A stretch of 64,000 nt of DNA, from assembly GCA_947388675.1 (NCBI GenBank), contig CANDRW010000002.1, positions 18,227 through 82,226 of the forward strand, written 5' to 3'. The notes beneath the pieces are model-generated. The model did no database searches and was not told the origin of the DNA. It worked only from the letters and a program-made list of their open reading frames with translations. This document shows, one piece after another, positions 1-10,200 of this stretch (the stretch's first letter is position 1; the number at the start of each line of letters is the position of its first letter). The stretch comes from an uncultured Clostridium sp. GTDB taxonomy: Bacteria; Bacillota; Clostridia; TANB77; CAG-508. A program made the translations under genes and the position numbers.

Positions 1-505
1 TCTCATCTTTTGCAGTTCCAGTTATGTTAAATTCAACATCAATCTTTCCCAAGTTGATAGTATTTTCTCCTACTGTAGATAATTCTGTAAATTGAACTTT
101 AGTAGAAGTACTTTTTAAATTGGTTTTTACTTTTAAAGTTACAGTACCTATTACTTGTGCTTTTGTAGCCCCTGTATTAACAGTAGCTAAAAATGTACCT
201 TTTTTGTCTGTTTCTTCATCATTATATGCAATTGACCAGTTGTTTTGTCCACTAAAGCTAGATGCTGTTACTTTTTCAAATATAGTTTCATCATATACTA
301 GTTTTCCACCAAATGTATTAATTCCGTCTTCGCCTTCGCTAATTTCTGATGCTCTTATTGTAATAGTAACTTCTTCGCCTTCTTTTAATGTTCTTTTATC
401 TCCCGCTCCTATTTGAACTGTTACTGTTGCCTTTACCATTGTAGAAAGACTCCCCATTATTAATAGAAGTAGAACGATAACTGTAAATATCTTTTGCACT
501 TTCAT
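1..505 (-). CDS. secreted cohesin-like domain protein; C-terminus runs off the window
   Basis: Own minus-strand translation from the ATG at 505-503 gives MKVQKIFTVIVLLLLIMGSLSTMVKA (signal peptide), then TVTVQIGAGDKRTLKEGEEVTITIRASEISEGEDGINTFGGKLVYDETIFEKVTASSFSGQNNWSIAYNDEE. This resembles cohesin-type beta-sandwich modules. It is not in the ORF track because no stop falls inside the window. It is the last gene of the surface-protein operon. Confidence 0.55.
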   Translation of the reverse strand, partial: MKVQKIFTVIVLLLLIMGSLSTMVKATVTVQIGAGDKRTLKEGEEVTITIRASEISEGEDGINTFGGKLVYDETIFEKVTASSFSGQNNWSIAYNDEETDKKGTFLATVNTGATKAQVIGTVTLKVKTNLKSTSTKVQFTELSTVGENTINLGKIDVEFNITGTAKDE

Positions 506-589
506 AAATTTTCCTCTTTTCTTTGGATTTATTGTTCTGTACTATTATATAAATTTATTTTCCATTTTTCAACACTTTTTGCAATTTTT

Positions 590-3500
590 TTATTTACTTA
601 TTATGCTAACACTTCTTTTTGTTTCATTTCCTGCTTTATCATATGCTAATAGTGTATATATTCCTTCCTGTTCTACTATGAAATATCCTGTTTCTTCTTC
701 ACTATAAGTGTTATTTGGAAGTAATATGTGTTTAAAATCTTCTGTGTCTTCTTCAATTTTCCAACTTATTTTGTATTGAGTTTCATTTATTCTTTCCTTC
801 CATACAGTGAAGTTAACTCCTTGTTTGTCTATGTTATTAATATCCAATTTCATCACAGTATTGTTTCCTAATTTATCATAAGAAATGAATGTATAAACTC
901 CATTTTGTTTTGCCAAGAAACTTCCTGTTGCCTTTGTACTATATTGTCCATTTGGTAAAACAATTCTACTAAATCCACTTTGTGAATCTAATGTTTCCCA
1001 TATAATTTTTACATTTCCATTATCTGCTGGTTCACTCTTTAATTTTAAGAATGGTCCTTCTTTATCTATGTTAGTTACTTCATGTTTTACCATTATTCCA
1101 TTTCCTATTTTGTCATATGCTAAAAAGGTATATATACCATTTCTCGTAACTTTGTGATCTCCTTCTTCTTTTTTAGTTCTTTCAGAGTTTGGTAATACTA
1201 CTTCTTTTAATCCGCTTTGATTGTCTTTTGCTTTCCAGTGTAAGTTAATATCTTCGTTTGTCCATCTTGTTACCTTTTGTGTTACCTCCAAACTTGGTTT
1301 TTCTGTGTCCACATTATTTACTTCAATAGCAATTTCTCTATAGTTTCCTACTTTATCATAAATAATAAAGGTATATGTTCCCATTTGTGTTATTGGATAA
1401 CTTCCTGTTGCTTCTTCTGAAATACTTGCATCTGGTAATATCACCTTTTTAACTCCACTTTGATTGTCAACTGCTTCCCATAATATTTCTATTGGATTAT
1501 CAGTTAGTTCTGTTTGGCTTAAAGATAATACTCCTTCTGGTTTGATCTTATCTATATTGCTAATAGTTTGTGTTACCACTTGTTCATTTCCAGCTTTATC
1601 ATAAGCTCTAAAAGTATAATCTCCATTTTCTGATACCACATATTCTCCACCTATACTTTTAGTAGTAGTTCCATCTGGCAATATCACATAATCCAATCCA
1701 CTTTGTGCATCTGTAAACTCCCATTTAATTTTTACATAGTCTATTACCCAGTCTGTTGGTGTATTCGATATTTGGGCTACTGGTGGTGTTCCATCTATTT
1801 TATATGGTCCTACCATTCTACTTTCACTTACATTTCCTGCATTATCAGTTGCTTTAATATGTAAATACTGTATACCATCTTGATTGATTGTAATATTATC
1901 TACCATATTATTAATAGGCTCACTCCAGCTAGTTGGCTCTTCTTGGCTATCTGTAATAGCATATTGATAATTTTTAAATCCGCTTCCTAGTCTGTCTTTA
2001 AACGTGATATTTACTGTTACTGATTTTCTCCAATCACAATTAATTGGTATTGCTGTAAATTCTGGCGCTTCATCATCTGGAATAATTGTGAAGTTCCTAG
2101 TAAATGCCTCAGATGTCATTCCCCTGTTGTTTGTTACTACTAACGACATTTTGTAATTTCCTACTCCGTAATTTCTATAATTTCCTATTGGTTTACTTCC
2201 TTCAAATATTTTTGATGTTCCTTTATAGATAGTCCATTTTCTTGAAGTAATAGTTCCTCCATAAGGGTCATATGAGCCATCTACTACTTCTATTTGCTCA
2301 TAAATTGATGCTGTCCTATTTTTTATTTTAAATGATGCTATTGGTTTTATGTTCTGTTTTGTAATATATTTACTTTCTGGCGCACTCCATGTCCCCTGAA
2401 AATCTTTTACTCTCAATTGTACCAAGTAGTCTGTACCATTCGAAATGTCTGTTAATTTGCCATTTATCCAAGTAGTCTCACCTACTTTTCTATATTTCCA
2501 TTCTTCTTCTTCAATTCCTCGATTATTAGAATAATTATCTAAGTCATATCCTAAACTGACTAATTCTACTTTATCTCCATCTCTTTTTACCTCAATTTCT
2601 GCTACTGGTTTACGATGAACATAAATATATGTTGGTTGTATATTTCTATCTTCATATAGAACTTCGTATCTTCCTGTTTTGTTAAATGAGGCAATCATAT
2701 CTGATATGTATTTTCCAGATTTTGCAAATTGTCCTATGTTATTTTCAAAGTACTCACAATCATGCAATATCTTCCACTTTCCATAAGGATACTCACTATT
2801 TGCTGTATCTTTCATAATGCTATCATCTTCACTACTAATAATTGTGTTACTGGTTAATAGCACATAATTAGATGACTTTTTAGATTCTATTAAGCTTTTA
2901 ATATAGTCTGCTGTTTCATTAATACTGTTTTGATAATCTGTATTGTTAATAAAAGTACCATTATTGTTATTGGCTGCAATAAAGTCAAGTGTTTGTGATT
3001 GGTTGACATCTTGCCCCCATCCTACATAATGAATTTCATCATTAATAGTTCTAGTAAGTAATTCTCCAAGTGAAGTTGGATGATTTAATTGCTCATTTAC
3101 TTGATCTCCTACATAAGTTAATACTTTAATAGAATCCTCTCTCCACTCTGGTTCTCTTAGCACTTCCTCTAATGTTTTAACTTTTTGAGTAATTGTTGAA
3201 ATACGAATATTGTTAAGATACATTAATCCACCAGCTTCACAGTTATTTCCCCAAAAACCATAAGTACCTCTAGGATAAGTTCTATCTGTAATATTTACTA
3301 CAACTGAGTTGTTAGCCTTTATTAATATATTTCCATCTTTATATTCTATATGATATGGTACATTAGAACTTTCTGTTGACCATGCTGCTAAACATGTAAA
3401 ACTATCTTGTCTAAAGGTTGAAGTATGCCCTACATTCCATGAAGCATTATCTCTTTTTGAACTATGTGATTCTGGATGACACCACATATTTCTATTAATT

Positions 3501-4168
3501 CCAGATGCAAAACTCTGATCTAATGTATAATGATCAAATCTCCACAATCTACATTCCATATTTATGTGATTACAAATAGTTACAAAATATCCATTTAATG
3601 AACCATCTGCATTTTTTGTTACATTAAAGCATACTCCTTCATTTAATTTTCCACCTGTAACCATTTTAAAATCAATAGTTACTGTCTCTGTTTCATATCC
3701 ATTTGGATCTAATAATCCAGTTCCCCACCAAGATAATGAATTAGAACTAGTCCAATGTACTCCTGGATTGTCACTCCAATCTCCTGCGCTACCTGGACTA
3801 TTACTATATATCTTTCCATTTATTGCAGACCAAGTTGGAGCTCCTATTGTTTCCCAACTATTAATAATTTTGTCTACATTAAGATCTTGCGAACTCACTT
3901 CATTCTTGATAGTTTCTACAGCTGAAATATTAACTTTACTGATATCTACTCCTCTATCTTTAAGAGCATTTAATAAATCTGGTTTAAAGTTATTTAAATT
4001 AGTACTTGTCTTGGCTTTAGATAATACTACATCAATATCAGGCTGTGGTATAAGTGAAAGGTTAACTGGATTTGCTGCATCCACAGGTGATATAAAATTT
4101 ACAATTGGTAGTATGTTTATCAATAATATGATTAAACATAATGCTATTATTTTTTTTAATATTTTCAC
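590..4168 (-). CDS. large secreted surface protein (signal peptide, lectin/jelly-roll-like N-terminal region, two PKD-like domains, five C-terminal Ig-like repeats)
   Basis: 1192-aa ORF with N-terminal signal peptide MKILKKIIALCLIILLINILPIV. PKD-like stretches include VVDGSYDPYGGTITSRKW. Five ~81-aa repeats each carry the core W-x-D-xQSG...LP...G-Y-F-AYDK-GN. Confidence 0.85.
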   Translation of the reverse strand: MKILKKIIALCLIILLINILPIVNFISPVDAANPVNLSLIPQPDIDVVLSKAKTSTNLNNFKPDLLNALKDRGVDISKVNISAVETIKNEVSSQDLNVDKIINSWETIGAPTWSAINGKIYSNSPGSAGDWSDNPGVHWTSSNSLSWWGTGLLDPNGYETETVTIDFKMVTGGKLNEGVCFNVTKNADGSLNGYFVTICNHINMECRLWRFDHYTLDQSFASGINRNMWCHPESHSSKRDNASWNVGHTSTFRQDSFTCLAAWSTESSNVPYHIEYKDGNILIKANNSVVVNITDRTYPRGTYGFWGNNCEAGGLMYLNNIRISTITQKVKTLEEVLREPEWREDSIKVLTYVGDQVNEQLNHPTSLGELLTRTINDEIHYVGWGQDVNQSQTLDFIAANNNNGTFINNTDYQNSINETADYIKSLIESKKSSNYVLLTSNTIISSEDDSIMKDTANSEYPYGKWKILHDCEYFENNIGQFAKSGKYISDMIASFNKTGRYEVLYEDRNIQPTYIYVHRKPVAEIEVKRDGDKVELVSLGYDLDNYSNNRGIEEEEWKYRKVGETTWINGKLTDISNGTDYLVQLRVKDFQGTWSAPESKYITKQNIKPIASFKIKNRTASIYEQIEVVDGSYDPYGGTITSRKWTIYKGTSKIFEGSKPIGNYRNYGVGNYKMSLVVTNNRGMTSEAFTRNFTIIPDDEAPEFTAIPINCDWRKSVTVNITFKDRLGSGFKNYQYAITDSQEEPTSWSEPINNMVDNITINQDGIQYLHIKATDNAGNVSESRMVGPYKIDGTPPVAQISNTPTDWVIDYVKIKWEFTDAQSGLDYVILPDGTTTKSIGGEYVVSENGDYTFRAYDKAGNEQVVTQTISNIDKIKPEGVLSLSQTELTDNPIEILWEAVDNQSGVKKVILPDASISEEATGSYPITQMGTYTFIIYDKVGNYREIAIEVNNVDTEKPSLEVTQKVTRWTNEDINLHWKAKDNQSGLKEVVLPNSERTKKEEGDHKVTRNGIYTFLAYDKIGNGIMVKHEVTNIDKEGPFLKLKSEPADNGNVKIIWETLDSQSGFSRIVLPNGQYSTKATGSFLAKQNGVYTFISYDKLGNNTVMKLDINNIDKQGVNFTVWKERINETQYKISWKIEEDTEDFKHILLPNNTYSEEETGYFIVEQEGIYTLLAYDKAGNETKRSVSIISK
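593..1810 (-). repeat. five tandem ~243-nt coding repeats (Ig-like modules) at the C-terminal end of the 1192-aa protein
   Basis: Repeated protein units start IDGTPPVAQ, IDKIKPEGV, VDTEKPSLE, IDKEGPFLK and IDKQGVNFT. Each ends with a ...DK(A/V/I/L)GN... block. Boundaries are approximate. Confidence 0.65.
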
Positions 4169-4183
4169 TTATACCCCTCCTTT

Positions 4184-7100
4184 TTATATAACATTGCTTG
4201 TTATTTTAAATGGTATTTTCTCATCATTCCAAGTAATTTGTCTAATAATAAATCTTGTATATGTTTCTGTTCCAGTTATTTTTTTGTCATTTACAGTAAA
4301 GATATTATCACTATTTTGCTTTTCTGTTATATTAACATTAGCATTATTATTTGTTCCCTCTTCAATATCTTCATTGGTTAAAATAGTATTAGCTACATTA
4401 ATTTGTGCTTGATGTTCAACTAAGCTTCCGCTACCATCAGAATATTGTGCAATTTCTAGCAGTAAATTTTCTGGGTAATATTCAAATTCCTCTACAACTT
4501 GTCCATCTTTTCTCACTAATCGTGTCTTTCCTGCTACCTGTCCTATTACGTCACTCTCTGTAGATACTACTTGTATATATTTAGAAGCTTCTGAAATACT
4601 TGTATCTGAAACGATATATTTAGCTCCAGTATTTACTGTTTCTCCATCTTTGGTTTGTGTAAAGTTGCTAATCATAAATTCTATGTAGTCAATATCTTCA
4701 GCTTGTAGTCTTCCCATATTGACCTGTGTTTCTGCATTACTTTCATTTCCTGCAATATCTTTTATCTTTACACTTATTGTGTGTAATCCTGATAATTGGT
4801 TAATAACATCGCATTCTACTATTTGCTCATTTCTTTCTATTTCTTGGTATAATCCTCCATCTACATAAATCTGATATATGTCTATTCCTGAAAGCTGTTC
4901 TTCTGCTGATATTTGCAAATGGAAACTTGTTCCTGTTATTTGTGTTGGTGATATTTGAATATTTTGTGGTGCCGTTTTATCTAGTAGAATTGTTATGATT
5001 GTTCCCTCTGACTTATTTCCTGCTGCATCATAGTTATATGCTATTATTTCATAGGTTCCATCACTAGGAATTTCAATCGTTCCATGGTCTTGAATAACAG
5101 TTTCTTCTATTTGTGCACTTCCTAATATTTGGCATGTTGTATAACTCATTCCTGAACCACCTTTGTCTACATTCCCTCTTATTACTTCTACTGTTACATT
5201 ACTGTTATACCATTGGTTTCTTGGGTCTACTTTTTCACCTGCTATTACTTCTAATGTAGGTGCTTCTGGCTTTTGTTTATCTATACGAATTGTATAGATT
5301 CTTTGAGAAGATCTTCCTGAAAGGTCAGTTGTAGTAACAGTAATGGTGTAAGTTCCCTCTTTTGTTATTGTAATTGCATCTTTTAGGTTTTCCCTTTGCT
5401 CTGCTCCAATTACTGAATATACTGTATTAGAATGACCGCTTAATTCATCTGTTCCTTCTACTAATTCTACATAGATACTTTGATTTGTCCAAGTATTATT
5501 TACATATACTTGTCCATCTTGATTATTGGTATACATACTTAAAGTTCCTGCTACTGGATTTGTAGTATCCAGCTTAATTTCTACTGTTGTACCTTCTGAT
5601 CTGTTTCCTGCCTCATCTACTGCCCATGCTGTTAACTCATATATTCCCTCTTCTGTAATCGTCAAAGTCTCTTGATTTTGAATTATATCAGTTTTAGTTA
5701 CATCATATGTCATTTCTTTTAATTGATATTCAATGTGTTTTATTTTAGCATATTCACTTTTTTCAATAGCAGTCATTTTTGTATGGACATCCGAAGTATA
5801 CCAACTACTATCTTCTAAAATCTTTTTACCTGTTACTTTTAAAACAGGCTTCTGAGGCGCTTGTTTATCTATTTTTACTGTAATATTTCTTTTACTGACA
5901 TTACCGCCATCATCTTCATTGATAATAGTAATAGTACTAATGCCTTCTTTTGTTAATGTAGTTGGCTCTGATGTCTTACTAATAGTATTAGCACCTTCTA
6001 CTTGATAAGTAGTAGTAATGTTTTCCCCTCCATTTTGTACTTCTACATAAACATCTTGATTTGTCCATGTATTTTCTTCATAAAGTTCTCCATTTTGGTC
6101 ATTTAATTTTGTAATAACTGTTCCTGGATCTTTAACTACCTTATCTATAATAATTGTATAATTCTTTTGACTTGTGAAACCTGCATTATTTTTAGTAGTA
6201 ACCACTATATTAGTAGTTCCATTATTTTCAATAGTAACAGGTGCCTTTGTTCCCTTTGGCAACTTTGTTGCTCCTGTTGCTTCTATGGTAACTTCCTTTA
6301 TGCCACTTATGTTATCTTCTCCCCCAGTGGTTTGTAAATAAACATTTTGGTTAATTGGTGTTCCAAATTGGTATGGCGCTCCATTACCATCCTTTAAAGT
6401 TGCCATTAAATTAGCTGATATTGGGGCTGTTTTGTCTATTTTAACTGTTCTAGTAGCTACTGTTGACTTTACACCCATTTGTGTTAAGGAATAACAATTA
6501 ATTTCATATATTCCTTCTAGCTCAATTGTAATATTTTCTCCATCACGAATTATTTGTTCTTCTTGATTATTTGTTCCTGTAATACTGCATATCATATCTG
6601 TAATGGGAATTGGGCTATTTTCTGGCTTCGTTACTTTTAGTACTACATTAGATGTGTACCAACCATTTTCTCCTTCTTCACCACTAACAAAGCTAATAAT
6701 AGGTGCTGACGGTTTAGTTAACTCTCCTATATCTAGTTTTCCATATACTACATATTTAATTAAAATGCTAACATCTTTCTGGTTAATTACTCCATCTCCG
6801 TTTACATCAATTGATACTGCATTAACACCTGTTAGCTGATGCTTTTCAAGTCCAATAACATGTTTAATAGCTTTACTTACTTCAAACTGTCCTATTTCTC
6901 CATCACCATTGGTGTCTCCGATTATGCTAGCTATATAAGTTGTTTCATGGTTATCAAATTTAATTTGCATTCCTGTTCCAATATACCCTTGTTTTATCTC
7001 TTCTTTTCCATTGCTGTCCCAAATATGTACAGTAGAATTTTTTACATTAAATTCTTGTTTTATAGCCTCAATTGTTGTTTTCGGCAAAATTCTACTAATT

Positions 7101-7243
7101 AATTTTTTCTCTTTTGAAATAATATAACTATTACTTGTTATACTGGTTACTAAAGCTTGTTCTTGTATATCTGCGGCAAGAACTATATTACTTATGGAAA
7201 AGATAATTAATATAATTAGCAATAAGTAACTAATTTTTCGCAT
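4184..7243 (-). CDS. secreted dockerin-containing Ig-like repeat surface protein
   Basis: 1019-aa ORF with signal peptide MRKISYLLLIILIIFSISNIVLA. An N-proximal dockerin duplicated calcium-loop pair is followed by repeated modules bounded by IDKTAP/IDKQAP/LDKTAP with WTNQ(D/S)(V/I)YVE motifs. Confidence 0.85.
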   Translation of the reverse strand: MRKISYLLLIILIIFSISNIVLAADIQEQALVTSITSNSYIISKEKKLISRILPKTTIEAIKQEFNVKNSTVHIWDSNGKEEIKQGYIGTGMQIKFDNHETTYIASIIGDTNGDGEIGQFEVSKAIKHVIGLEKHQLTGVNAVSIDVNGDGVINQKDVSILIKYVVYGKLDIGELTKPSAPIISFVSGEEGENGWYTSNVVLKVTKPENSPIPITDMICSITGTNNQEEQIIRDGENITIELEGIYEINCYSLTQMGVKSTVATRTVKIDKTAPISANLMATLKDGNGAPYQFGTPINQNVYLQTTGGEDNISGIKEVTIEATGATKLPKGTKAPVTIENNGTTNIVVTTKNNAGFTSQKNYTIIIDKVVKDPGTVITKLNDQNGELYEENTWTNQDVYVEVQNGGENITTTYQVEGANTISKTSEPTTLTKEGISTITIINEDDGGNVSKRNITVKIDKQAPQKPVLKVTGKKILEDSSWYTSDVHTKMTAIEKSEYAKIKHIEYQLKEMTYDVTKTDIIQNQETLTITEEGIYELTAWAVDEAGNRSEGTTVEIKLDTTNPVAGTLSMYTNNQDGQVYVNNTWTNQSIYVELVEGTDELSGHSNTVYSVIGAEQRENLKDAITITKEGTYTITVTTTDLSGRSSQRIYTIRIDKQKPEAPTLEVIAGEKVDPRNQWYNSNVTVEVIRGNVDKGGSGMSYTTCQILGSAQIEETVIQDHGTIEIPSDGTYEIIAYNYDAAGNKSEGTIITILLDKTAPQNIQISPTQITGTSFHLQISAEEQLSGIDIYQIYVDGGLYQEIERNEQIVECDVINQLSGLHTISVKIKDIAGNESNAETQVNMGRLQAEDIDYIEFMISNFTQTKDGETVNTGAKYIVSDTSISEASKYIQVVSTESDVIGQVAGKTRLVRKDGQVVEEFEYYPENLLLEIAQYSDGSGSLVEHQAQINVANTILTNEDIEEGTNNNANVNITEKQNSDNIFTVNDKKITGTETYTRFIIRQITWNDEKIPFKITSNVI
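6733..6946 (-). other. dockerin type-I-like module (two EF-hand-like Ca-binding repeats)
   Basis: The sequence is IIGDTNGDGEIGQFEVSKAIKHVIGLEKHQLTGVNAVSIDVNGDGVINQKDVSILIKYVVYG. It contains two D-x-N-G-D-G-x-I loops, each followed by a helix. Coordinates are approximate. Confidence 0.7.
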
Positions 7244-7245
7244 TT

Positions 7246-10200
7246 CTAACCTTTCCTTTCTGCTAAATTGCGAATTTTGATAAATAAAATGATTGCTGTT
7301 CCAGCAAGTACTACAGTAGCAATAACTACAATTGTATATATACCTGTTTGTGGTATTTTACCTGGTGCAATTGTATTGTCTACTGGCTTGCTAGTCGTCT
7401 TTTTAATTGTGCAATTAAACGATACAGTTTCACTTCTTAATCCTGTTTCATTAACTGCTATTATTAATAAATTTTTAGTTCCTTCTTCTGTGATTTTGAT
7501 GGTATTGCCATTTACTTTTTTCCAAGTCTTTCCACCATCTGTGCTGTATTCATAATGTATTTCACTTTCTTTTCTTTCGCTTTCAATTGTAATGATGACT
7601 TCTTTATCTGTTGTTTCTCCATCTTTAATATTAGCAGAAATACTAGGTTTATTTGGTCTTGTGTTGTCTAAATAAAACTCATTACTTCTTAATATGCTCT
7701 TATTTCCTTCATTGTCTTCTGCATAAATCCATAAATATAATTTTCCTGTGTCTTCCTTGTTTGTAATTATATCTCCATTTTTAAAGTTTTTGCTAAAGTC
7801 TTCTTCTTTTGGTTTTTCTGTTTCTTTTGACCATAAATATTTTAGACTTTCTTCTCTTACTCCAGATGGATCTGTTACAGTTACTTTTGTACTTTGCTCA
7901 GTTGCATATTTTTTATTCTCATTTGGTTCAAAGTTTACCATTGGACCTGTTGTGTCATCTTCTTTATATTGCATTACGAATGTCACATTACTCATATTTC
8001 CAGCTTCATCTACTGCCGTTATTTGGTAAACACCATCTTGTTCTATCCTATCACCTTTGGTATATGAATATGCCATACCATCTTTCATTACGACTGTTGT
8101 AACATTACTTGTATTATCTGTTATAACTGGAGTTACACCTTTATAATAGATTTTTTCGTTTTCTACTCCTGTGATAATAGGATTATCATTATCTAAATAG
8201 AAAGCATCACTTCTTTGCACTTTCGAATCTCCATTTATATTTTCTGCATATGCCCAAATATACCAAATACCACTTTCTGTATTTTTGGTTAATGTTTGTT
8301 GATCCGTATAAGTATATTTTTCTTCTGGATTATTACGAACTTGGATTATAAAGTTGTCTTTTGTAATACCTTCTGCCTGTGTAGACCAAATGTATTTTTG
8401 CGTTTCTGGCTTTATATCAAAATTACTACTTACTTCTATTATTGTACTTTGTGTATTTTGATAATTACTATTTCCATTTGGCTTAAATATGATGGATGGA
8501 ATTCTAGTTTTTATTGAAATTTCTTGTGTTTCTGTTTGAGTACCAGGTGTTCCTACTCCGCTAATTGCTCTTGCTTTTAATTGATATTCTCCTTGTTGAT
8601 TTAGCACTAGCTTTTCTCCTACTTCTAAATCTTCCCATGTAGTTCCATTATTTAAACTATATTGATATTTTGCTATCCCACTAAGCGCTGTAGAACCAGA
8701 AATTTCTATAGTTACTTCTTCTCCTCCGTCTTGTATTTGCTTATTGATAATTGGCGCTGTTGGTATTCCATTGTCTAAATTAAATTTCCCACTCTTCTCT
8801 ATCACTTTATTCCCTACATTATCTTGTACTAATATCCATAAATACCAAGTTCCACTTTCTGTGTTTTTTATAATAGTTTGTTTATTGGTAAAATTCTGTG
8901 TAATTTCACTTTCTTGAACATTTTCTTCTTTTGTGGTCCATAAATATTTTAATGTTGTTAATTGACTACTTCCACCTACAATTACTTGTGTTGAATGTTG
9001 TCTTTGATAGGTTTGATTTTCTTTTGGTACAAGTGCAACTGTAAGTGCTGATTTTGCAATCGTTACTTCGTAACTTTCTGTCTGTGTACCTAGTGTTCCG
9101 ACATTGTTTACTGCTCTTGCTTTAATTTGATAATATCCTGCTATGTCAGCTGTTACTTTTTGTCCTACTGGAATGTCTATCCAATCTGCTCCATTATTTA
9201 AACTATATTGATATTTAGCTATTCCACTTGGACTGCTACTTCCACTAATTTCTATTTCTAAACTATGATTTATTGAACTTCCATCTTCTGCATTAACTTT
9301 TAAATTAGGAGCTGTTGGTATTTCATTATCTAGTAAAAATGCCTCACTTCTTGTTATTGTTTGACTGTTATAACTATCTTTTGCTAATACCCATAAATAC
9401 CAAACTCCACTTTCTGTATCTTTTTCTATTGTCTGTTTATTGTTAAAGCTTGACTGAAACTCTGCTTCTTGTAAGTCTTGTGCTTTTGTAGACCATAAAT
9501 ATTTTAAAGTACTTAATGTTCCTACACTATTTACATTTACTGTTGTTGCTTGTTTCTTTGCATAAGTTGCATTTCCATTTGGGGTAAATGTAACAATTGG
9601 TCCGTCTTTATCTATTTGTAGTATATATGCTTCTTCAGTTTGCTTTCCTATTGTACCTACATTATTTACTGCTCTTGCCTTTATGTTGTATGTTCCAGTT
9701 TTGTTAGCAAGTAATTTGTCTGTTACTTTTAGGTCAACCCAATTTAATCCATTATCTAGACTATATTGATATTTAGCTATTCCACTTGGAGACTCACTTC
9801 CTGAAATACTAATTGTAACATCTTCTCTGCTATATTCTCCACTTGGTACAGTTGCAGTAATAGTTGGAGCTTCTGGAGTTTCATTATCTAAACAGAAATT
9901 TGCTGTTCTTACTAAATTCATATTTCCCCTTAGATCTTTTGCTAATACCCATAAATACCAGTTATCTCCTGAATCTGTTTTTTTGGTAATTGTATCTTCA
10001 CTAGTAAATGGAATTGAATCTGGCATAAAAGTTTCTTCTGTTAGTTCTTGTATACTTTGTGTCCATTTATATCTAACTGTACTTTCATCAACTCCACTAA
10101 TGTCGGTAATTGTTACTTTTGTACTTTGTGCCTTTTCCCATGTTGTATTACCATTTGGACTAAAAGTAATTGTTGGACCTGCTACATCAACAATAAAGTT